A DNA stretch of 64,000 nt from Antedon mediterranea (lineage: Eukaryota; Animalia; Echinodermata), in the NCBI RefSeq assembly GCF_964355755.1, contig NC_092671.1, positions 22,213,317-22,277,316 on the forward strand. Reading direction: 5' to 3'. The notes beneath the pieces are model-generated. The model did no database searches, was not told the origin of the DNA, and saw nothing but the letters and a program-made list of their open reading frames with translations. The position numbers and the translations under genes were made by a program. Position 1 is the stretch's first letter. Each line of letters opens with the position of its first letter. This document shows, piece after piece, positions 53,501-64,000 of the stretch.

Positions 53501-56500
53501 TATTTCCAAATAAAAAAAAAAAAAAAAATATCCTTAGAAGTTCGAACCCACTATTGAAATCACTCAAAACTGAGCATTACCCGTTACGCCGCAAACCAGT
53601 ATATAACTGAGGAGCTGATAATAGTCTATTTATATGAAATGAATGATAAATAAATGAAAAATAATGCCATGCAACTTTGTTTCTGATTTTAAAAAAGGTT
53701 CACTTGTTTAGGCCTGACATTTACAACCCTCAAAATATCTCACTTTCAAAAACAATATTTATTTTCAATTTAAAAAAAAAAAATCCCTAGAGGTACGAGC
53801 CCACTACTGAGAGAACTCAAACCTGAGCATTACCGGTTACGCCAAAAACCAGTAGGTGAGTGAAGAGCTGATAATAGTCTATTTTTATGAAATGAATGAT
53901 CCATCAATGTAAAATGATGTTATGCAACTTTGTTTCTGATTTAAAAAAAGGTCCACTTGGTTAGGCTTGACATTTAAAACCATAAAAATATCTCACTTTC
54001 AAAAACAATATTTATTTTCAAATAAAAAAAAAAGAAAAAAAATATCCCTAGAAGTCGAACCCACTATTGAAATCACTCAAAGCTGAGCATTACCCGTTAC
54101 GCCACAAACCATTTTATGACTGAAGAGCTGATAATAGTCTATTTATATGAAATGGATGATCAATCAATGAAAAATAATGCCATGCAACAATAGTCTATAT
54201 ATATAAAATGAATGATCAATCAATGAAAAATAATGCCATGCAACTTTGTTTCTGATTTTAAAAAAGGTCCACTTGTTTAGGCCTGACATTTACAACCCTC
54301 AAAATATCTCACTTTCAAAAACCATATTTATTTTCAATTTAAAAAAAAAAGAAAAAAAATATTCCTATATGTTCGACCCACTACTCAGAGCACTCAAACC
54401 TGAGCATTACCCGTTACGCCACAAACCAGTAGATGACTGAAGAGCTGATAATAGTCTATTTATATGAAATCAAATTATCAATCAATGAAAAATAATGCCA
54501 TGCAACTTTGTTTCTGATTTAAAAAAAGATCCATTTGTTTGGGCCTGACATTCACAACCCTCAAAATATCTCACTTTCAAAAACAATTTTATTTTCAATT
54601 TAAAAAAAAAAAAATCCCTAGAGGTTCGAACCCACTACTGAGAGCACTCAAACCTGAGCATTATCCGTTACTCCACAAACCAGTAGATGACTGAGGGGCT
54701 GATAATAGTCTATTTATATGAAATAAATGATCAATCAATGAAAAATAATGCCATGCAACTTTGTTTCTGATTTTAAAAAAGGTCCACTTGTTTAGGCCTG
54801 ACATTTACAACCCTCAAAATATCTCACTTTCAAAAACAATATTATTTTCAATTAAAAAAAAAAAGAAAAAAAATATTCGTAGAGGTTCGAACCCACTACT
54901 GCGAGAACTCAAACCTGAGCATTATCCGTTACTCCACAAACCAGTAGATGACTGAGGGGCTGATAATAGTCTATTTATATGAAATAAATCATCAATCAAT
55001 GAAAAATAATGTCATGCAACTTTGTTTCTGATTTTAAAAAAGGTCCACTTGTTTAAGCCTGACATTTACAACCCTCAAAATATCTCACTTTCAAAAACAA
55101 TATTATTTTCAATTAAAAAAAAAAAGAAAAAAAATATTCGTAGAGAACTCAAACCTGAGCACTACCGGTTACACCACAAACCAGTAGATGACTGAAGAGC
55201 TGATAACCGTCTATTTATATGCAATGAATGATCAATCAATGAAAAATAATGCCATGCAACTTTGTTTCTGATTGAAAAAAATGTTCACTTGTTTAGGCCT
55301 GACATTTACAACCCTCAAAATATCTCACTTTCAAAAACAATATTATTTTCAATTAAAAAAAAAAAGAAAAAAAATATTCGTAGAGGTTCGAACCCACTAC
55401 TGCGAGAACTCAAACCTGAGAATTATCCGTTACTCCACAAACCAGTAGATGACTGAGGGGCTGATAATAGTCTATTTATATGAAATAAATCATCAATCAA
55501 TGAAAAATAATGTCATGCAACTTTGTTTCTGATTTTAAAAAAGGTCCACTTGTTTAGGCCTGACATTTACAACCCTCAAAATATCTCACTTTCAAAAACA
55601 ATATTATTTTCAATTAAAAAAAAAAAGAAAAAAAATATTCGTAGAGAACTCAAACCTGAGCACTACCGGTTACACCACAAACCAGTAGATGACTGAAGAG
55701 CTGATAACAGTCTATTTATATGCAATGAATGATCAATCAATGAAAAATAATGCCATGCAACTTTGTTTCTGATTGAAAAAAATGTTCACTTGTTTAGGCC
55801 TGACATTTACAACCCTCAAAATATCTCACTTTCAAAAACAATATTATTTTCAATTAAAAAAAAAAAGAAAAAAAATATTCGTAGAGAACTCAAACCTGAG
55901 CACTACCGGTTACACCACAAACCAGTAGATGACTGAAGAGCTGATAACAGTCTATTTATATGCAATGAATGATCAATCAATGAAAAATAATGCCATGCAA
56001 CTTTGTTTCTGATTGAAAAAAATGTTCACTTGTTTAGGCCTGACATTTACAACCCTCAAAATATCTCACTTTCAAAAACAATATTTATTTTCAAATAAAA
56101 AAAAATATCTTTACAGGTTGGAACACGCTACTGAGAGCACTCAAACCTGGGTATAACCCGTTACGCCACAAACCAGTAGATAACTGAAGCGCTGATAATA
56201 GTCTATTTATATGAAATTAATGATCAATCAATGAAAAATAATGCCATGCAACTTTGTTTCTGATTTTAAAAAAGGTTCACTTGTTTAGGCCTGACATTTA
56301 CAACCCTCAAAATATCTCACTTTCAAAAACAATATTATTTTCAATAAAAAAAAAAGAAAAAACATATCCGTAGAGGTTCGAACCCACTAGTGAGAGCACT
56401 CAAACTTGAGTATTACCCGTTAGGCCACAAACCAGTAGATGACTGAAGAGCTGATAATACTCTATTTATATGAAATAAATAATAAATCAATGAAAAATAA

Positions 56501-59500
56501 TGCCATGCAACTTTGTTTCTGATTTTAAAAAAGGTTCATTTGTTTAGGCTTGACATTTACAACCCTCAAAATATCTCACTTTAAAAAAAAATATTTATTT
56601 TCAATTAAAAAAAAAAAGAAAAGAAATATCCCTAGAGGTTCGAACCCACTACTGCGAGCACCCTTAACTTGAGTATTACCCGTTACGCCTCAAACCAGTA
56701 GATGACTGAAGAGCTGATAATACTCTATTTATATGAAATAAATAATAAATCAATGAAAAATAATGCCATGCAACTTTGTTTCTGATTTTAAAAAAGGTTC
56801 ACTTGTTTAGGCCTGACATTTACAACCCTCAAAATATCTCACTTTCAAAAAAAATATTTATTTTCAATAAGAAAAAAAAAGCAATATCTCTAGAGGTTGG
56901 AACCCGCTACTGAGAGCACTCAAACCTGGGTATTACCCGTTACGCCACAAACCAGTAGATAACTGAAGAGCTGATAATAGTCTATTTATATGAAATTAAT
57001 GATCAATCAATGAAAAATAATGCCATGCAACTTTGTTTCTGATTTTAAAAAAGGTCCACTTGTTTAGGCCTGACATTTACAACCCTCAAAATATTTCACT
57101 TTCAAAAACAATATTTTTTTCAATAAAAAAAAAAAAAAAAAAATATTCGTAGAGGTTCGAACCCACTACTGCGAGAACTCAAACCTGAGCATTACCCGTT
57201 ACGCCTCAAACCAGTAGATGACTGAAGAGCTGATAATACTCTATTTATATGAAATTAATAATAAATCAATGAAAAATAATGCCATGCAACTTTGTTTCTG
57301 ATTTTAAAAAAGGTTCACTTGTTTAGGCCTGACATTTACAACCCTCAAACTATCTCACTTTCAAAAACAATATTATTTTCAATTAAAAAAAAAGAAAAAA
57401 AATATTCGTAGAGGTTCGAACCCAATACTGCGAGAACTCAAACCTGAGCACTACCGGTTACGCCACAAACCCGTAGATGACTGAAGAGCTGATAATAGTC
57501 TATTTATATGAAATTATTGATCAATCAATGAAAAATAATGCCATGCAACTTTGTTTCTGATTTTTAAAAAGATCCATTTGTTTAGGCCTGACATTCACAA
57601 CCCTAAAAAATATCTCATTTTCAAAAAAAATATTTATTTTCAATAATAAAAAAAAAGCAATATCCCTAGAGGTTGGAACCCGCTACTGAGAGCACTCAAA
57701 CCTGGGTATTACCCGTTACGCCACAAACCAGTAGATAACTGATGAGTTGATAATAGTCTATTTATATGAAATTAATGATCAATCAATGAAAAATAATGCC
57801 ATGCCACTTTGTTTCTGATTTTAAAAAAGGTTCATTTGTTTAGGCCTGACATTTACAACCCTCAAAATATCTCACTTCCAAAAAAAAAATTATTTTCAAT
57901 TAAAAAAAAAAGAAAAGAAATATCCCTAGGGGTTCGAACCCACTACTGCGGACACTCAAACTTGAGCATTACCCGTTACGCCTCAAACCAGTAGATGACT
58001 GAAGAGCTGATAATACTCTATTTATATGAAATTAATAATAAATCAATGAAAAATAATGCCATGCAACCTTGTTTCTGATTTTAAAAAAGGTTCACTTGTT
58101 TAGGCCTGACATTTACAACCCTCAAAATATCTCACTTTCAAAAAATATTTTTTATTTTAAATAAAAAAAAAAAAAAAACAAAATATCCGTAGAGGTTCGA
58201 ACCCACTAGTGAGAGCACTCAAATTTGAGCATTACCCGTTACGCCACAAACCAGTAAATGACTGAAGAGCTGATAATACTCTATTTATATGAAATAAATA
58301 ATAAATCAATGAAAAATAATGCCATGCAACTTTGTTTCTGATTTTAAAAAAGGTCCACTTGTTTAGGCCTGATATTTACAACCCTCAAAATATCTCACTT
58401 TCAAAAACAATATTTATTTTCAATTGAAAAAAAAAAGAAAAAAAATATTCGTAGAGGTTCGAACCCACTACTGCGAGAACTCAAACCTGAGCATTACCCG
58501 TTACGCCTCAAACCAGTAGATGACTGAAGAGCTGATAATACTCTATTTATATGAAATGAATAATAAATCAATGAAAAATAATGCCATGCAACTTTGTTTC
58601 TGATTTTAAAAAAGGTCCACTTGTTTAGGCCTGACATTTACAACCCTCAAAATATCTCACTTTCAAAAACCATATTTATTTTCAATTAAAAAAAAAAAGA
58701 AAAAAAATATCCCTATATGTTCGACCCACTACTCAGAGCACTCAAACCTGAGCATTACCCGTTACGCCACAAACCAGTAGATGACTGAAGAGCTGATAAT
58801 AGTCTATTTATATGAAATCAAATTATCAATCAATGAAAAATAATGCCATGCAACTTTGTTTCTGATTTAAAAAAAGATCCATTTGTTTGGGCCTGACATT
58901 CACAACCCTCAAAATATCTCACTTTCAAAAACAATATTTATTTTCAATTTAAAAAAAAAAAATCCCTAGAGGTTCGAACCCACTACTGAGAGCACTCAAA
59001 CCTGAGCATTATCCGTTACTCCACAAACCAGTAGATGACTGAGGGCCTGATAATAGTCTATTTATATGAAATAAATGATCAATCAATGAAAAATAATGCC
59101 ATGCAACTTTGTTTCTGATTTTAAAAAAGGTCCACTTGTTTAGGCCTGACATTTACAACCCTCAAAATATCTCACTTTCAAAAACAATATTATTTTCAAT
59201 TAAAAAAAAAAAGAAAAAAAATATTCGTAGAGGTTCGAACCCACTACTGCGAGAACTCAAACCTGAGCATTATCCGTTACTCCACAAACCAGTAGATGAC
59301 TGAGGGGCTGATAATAGTCTATTTATATGAAATAAATCATCAATCAATGAAAAATAATGTCATGCAACTTTGTTTCTGATTTAAAAAAAGGTCCACTTGT
59401 TTAGGCCTGACATTTACAACCCTCAAAATATCTCACTTTCAAAAACAATATTATTTTCAATTAAAAAAAAAAGGAAAAAATATTCGTAGAGGTTCGAAAC

Positions 59501-62500
59501 CACTACTGCGAGAACTCAAACCTGAGCACTACCGGTTACACCACAAACCAGTAGATGACTGAAGAGCTGATAACAGTCTATTTATATGCAATGAATGATC
59601 AATCAATGAAAAATAATGCCATGCAACTTTGTTTCTGATTGAAAAAAATGTTCACTTGTTTAGGCCTGACATTTACAACCCTCAAAATATCTCACTTTCA
59701 AAAACAATATTTATTTTCAAATAAAAAAAAATATCTTTACAGGTTGGAACACGCTACTGAGAGCACTCAAACCTGGGTATAACCCGTTACGCCACAAACC
59801 AGTAGATAACTGAAGCGCTGATAATAGTCTATTTATATGAAATTAATGATCAATCAATGAAAAATAATGCCATGCAACTTTGTTTCTGATTTTAAAAAAG
59901 GTTCACTTGTTTAGGCCTGACATTTACAACCCTCAAAATATCTCACTTTCAAAAACAATATTATTTTCAATAAAAAAAAAAGAAACAACATATCCGTAGA
60001 GGTTCGAACCCACTAGTGAGAGCACTCAAACTTGAGTATTACCCGTTAGGCCACAAACCAGTAGTGACTGAAGAGCTGATAATACTCTATTTATATGAAA
60101 TAAATAATAAATCAATGAAAAATAATGCCATGCAACTTTGTTTCTGATTTTAAAAAAGGGTCATTTGTTTAGGCTTGACATTTACAACCCTCAAAATATC
60201 TCACTTTAAAAAAAATATTTATTTTCAATTAAAAAAAAAAGAAAAGAAATATCCCTAGAGGTTCGAACCCACTACTGCGAGCACTCAAACTTGAGCATTA
60301 CCCGTTACGCCTCAAACCAGTAGATGACTGAAGAGCTGATAATACTCTATTTATATGAAATAAATAATAAATCAATGAAAAATAATGCCATGCAACTTTG
60401 TTTCTGATTATAAAAAAGGTTCACTTGTTTAGGCCTGACATTTACAACCCTCAAAATATCTCACTTTCAAAAACAATATTTATTTTCAATTAAAAAAAAA
60501 AGAAAAGAAATATCCCTAGAGGTTCGAACCCAATACTGCGAGCACTCAAACTTGAGCATTACCCGTTACGCCTCAAACCAGTAGATGACTGAAGAGCTGA
60601 TAATACTCTATTTATATGAAATGAATAATAAATAAATGAAAAATAATGCCATGCAACTTTGTTTCTGATTTTAAAAAAGGTTCACTTGTTTAGGCCTGAC
60701 ATTTACAACCCTCAAACTATCTCACTTTCAAAAACAATATTATTTTAAATTTAAAAAAAAAAGAAAAAAAATATTCTTAGAGGTTCGAACCCACCACTGC
60801 GAGAACTCAAACCTGAGCACTACCAGTTACGCTACAAACCAGTAGATGACTGAAGAGCTGATAATAGTCTATTTATATGAAATTAATGATCAATCAATGA
60901 AAAATAATGCCATGCAACTTTGTTTCTGATTTTAAAAAAGGTTCATTTGTTTAGGCCTGACATTTCCAACCCTCAAAATATCTCACTTTCAAAAAAAATA
61001 TTTATTTTCAAATAAAAAAAAAATAAAAAAAATATCCCTAGAAGTTTGAACCCACTATTGAAATCCCTCAAACCTGAGCATTACTCGTTACGCCGCAAAC
61101 CAGTATATGACTGAAGAGCTGATACTAGTCTATTTATATGAAATGGATGATCAACCAATGAAAAATAATGCCATGCAACTTCGTTTCTGATTTTATAAAA
61201 GGTTCACTTGTTTAGGCCTGACAGTTGCAACCCTCAAAATATCTCACTTTCAAAAACAATATTTATTTTCAATTAAAAAAAAAAAAAAAAAAAATACCCG
61301 TATAGGTTCGAACCCACTACCGAGAGCACTCAAACCTGAGCATTACCCGTTACGCTTCAAACCAGTAGATGAGTGAAGAGCTGATAATACTCTATTTATA
61401 TGAAATGAATAATAAATCAATGAAAAATAATGCCATGCAACTTTGTTTCTGATTTTAAAAAAGGTCCACTTGTTTAGGCCTGACATTTACAACCCTCAAA
61501 ATATCTCACTTTCAAAAACAATATTTATTTTCAATTAAAAAAAAAAAAGAAAAAAAATATTCGTAGAAGTTGGAACCCACTACTGCGAGAACTCAAACCT
61601 GAGCACTACCGGTTACGCCACAAACCAGTAGATTACTGAAGAGCTGATAACAGTCTATTTATATGAAATGAATGATCAATCAATGAAAAATAATGCCATG
61701 CAACTTTGTTTCTGATTGAAAAAAATGTCCACTTGTTTAGGCCCGACATTTACAACCCTCAAAATATCTCACTTTCAAAAAAAATATTTATTTTCAATTA
61801 AAAAAAAAAAAAAAGAAATATCCCTAGAGGTTCGAACCCACTACTGCGAGCACTCAAACTTGAGCATTACACGTTACGCCTCAAACCAGTAGATGACTGA
61901 AGAGCTGATAATACTCTATTTATATGAAATGAATAATAAACCAATGAAAAATAATGCCATGCAACTTTGTTTCTGATTTAAAAAAAGGTTCACTTGTTTA
62001 GGCCTGACATTTACAACCCTCAACATATCTCACTTTCAAAAACAATATTTATTTACAATTTAAAAAAAAAGAAAAAAAATATCCCTATAGGTTCGACCCA
62101 CTACTCAGAGCACTCAAACCTGAGCATTACCCGTTACGCCACAAACCAGTAGATGACTGAAGAGCTGATAATAGTCTATTTATATGAAATGAATGATCAA
62201 TCAATGAAAAATAATGCCATGCAACTTTGTTTCTGATTTTAAAAAAGACCCATTTGTTTAGGCCTGACATTCACAACCCTAAGAAATATCTCATTTTCAA
62301 AAAAAATATTTATTTTCAATAAGAAAAAAAAAAGCAATATCCCTAGAGGTTCGAACCCACTACTGCGAGAACTCAAACCTGAGCATTACCCGTTACGCCT
62401 CAAACCAGTAGATGACTGAAGAGCTGATAATACTCTATTTATATGAAATTAATAATAAATCAATGAAAAATAATGCCATGCAACTTTGTTTCTGATTTTA

Positions 62501-64000
62501 AAAAAGGTTCACTTGTTTAGGCCTGACATTTACAACCCTCAAAATATCTCACTTTCAAAAACTATATTTATTTAAAAAAAAAAAAAAAAAAACAAAATAT
62601 CCGTAGAGGATCGAACCCACTAGTGAGAGCACTCAAACTTGAGCATTACCCGCTACGCCACAAACCAGTAGATGACTGAAGAGCTGATAATACTCTATTT
62701 ATATGAAATTAATAATAAATCAATGAAAAATAATGCCATGCAACTTTGTTTCTGATTTTAAAAAAGGTTCACTTGTTTAGGCCTGACATTTACAACCCTC
62801 AAAATATCTCACTTTCAAAAACAATATTTATTTTAAATAAAAAAAAAAAGGAAACAAAATATCCGTAGAGGTTCGAACCCACTAGTGAGAGCACTCAAAC
62901 TTGAGCATTACCCGTTACGTCACAAACCAGTAGATGACTGAAGAGCTGACAATACTCTATTTATATGGAATAAATAATAAATCAATGAAAAATAATGCCA
63001 TGCAACTTTGTTTCTGATTTTAAAAAAGGTTCACTTGTTTAGGCCTGACATTTACAACCCTCAAAATATCTCACTTTCAAAAACAATATTTATTTAAAAT
63101 AAAAAAAAATAAAAAAATATCCGTAGAGGTTCGAACCCACTAGTGAGAGCACTCAAACTTGAGCATTACCCGTTACGCCACAAACCAGTAGATAAATGAA
63201 GAGCTGATAATAGTCTATTTATATGAAATGAATGATCAATCAATGAAAAATAATGCCATGCAACTTTGTTTCTGATTTTAAAAAAGGTCCACTTGTTTAG
63301 GCCTGACATTTACAACCCTCAAAATATCTCACTTTCAAAAACAATATTTTTTTCAATAAAAAAAAAAGAAAAAAAATATTCGTAGAGGTTCGAACCCACT
63401 ACTGCGAGAACTCAAACCTGAGCATTACCCGTTACGCCTCAAACCAGTAGATGACTGAAGAGCTGATAATACTCTATTTATATGAAATTAATAATAAATC
63501 AATGAAAAATAATGCCATGCAACTTTGTTTCTGATTTTAAAAAAGGTTCACTTGTTTAGGCCTGACATTTACAACCCTCAAAATATCTCACTTTCAAAAA
63601 CAATATTTAATTTAAATAAAAAAAAAAAAAAAAAAAATATCCGTAGAGGTTCGAACCCACTAGTGAGAGCACTCAAACTTGAGCATTACCCGTTACGCCA
63701 CAAACCAGTATTTGACTGAAGAGCTGACAATACTCTATTTATATGAAATAAATAATAAATCAATGAAAAATAATGCCATGCAACTTTTTTTCTGATTTTA
63801 AAAAAGGTCCACTTGTTTAGGCCTGACATTTACAACCCTCAAAATATCTCACTTTCAAAAAACAATACTTATTTTCAATAAAAAAAAAAAAAAAAAAAAT
63901 ATTCGTAGAGGTTCGAACCCACTACTGCGAGAACTCAAACCTGAGCATTACCCGTTACGCCTCAAACCAGTAGATGACTGAAGAGCTGATAATACTCTAT
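38538..64000. repeat. Same satellite, right block (~98 copies), same orientation, runs off window end
   Basis: Monomer resumes at tttcaaaaacaatacttattttc and continues to 64000, with several deletion and duplication variants. Confidence 0.98.

Noticed and set aside
408-63719. Dozens of 61-88 aa ORFs (MFLILKKVHLFRPDIYNPQ...) in the satellite
   Set aside because: Mostly TTG/GTG starts, frames set by A-tract length, poly-Lys from A runs, no conserved frame: by-products of the repeat.
1-64000. CRISPR-like or prokaryotic repeat array
   Set aside because: No unique spacers, the whole 260-bp unit is repeated, no cas genes, and the context is eukaryotic (LINE, tRNA-Val AAC).

Overview
AT-rich eukaryotic (probably marine invertebrate; inference) repeat region. 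About 53 kb is one head-to-tail satellite with a ~260-bp monomer (~205 copies, all in the same orientation) in three blocks: 1-26927, 27630-28850 and 38538-64000. On the minus strand each monomer is laid out as a complete RNA polymerase III, tRNA-type transcription unit: TATAAATA at about -30, a CA initiator, A box TGGCGTAACGG, B box GGTTCGAACC at tRNA spacing, and an oligo-T terminator. The predicted RNA does not fold as a functional tRNA. The array is organised into shifting higher-order repeats (4-, 5-, 8-, 11-mers and longer blocks). It is interrupted twice: (i) a ~700-bp non-autonomous Helentron/HINE-like element carrying two tandem tRNA-Val(AAC)-derived genes; (ii) a ~9.7-kb island containing a tRNA-headed structured SINE-like unit, a diverged octamer-containing direct repeat, and an ~8.2-kb foldback DNA transposon (~0.9-kb TIRs, CAC...GTG ends, 7-bp TSD, Galileo/P-like). 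A frameshifted CR1/L2-group LINE (2A-like peptide, APE, RT) is nested in the left TIR. The short ORFs in the satellite are artefacts.
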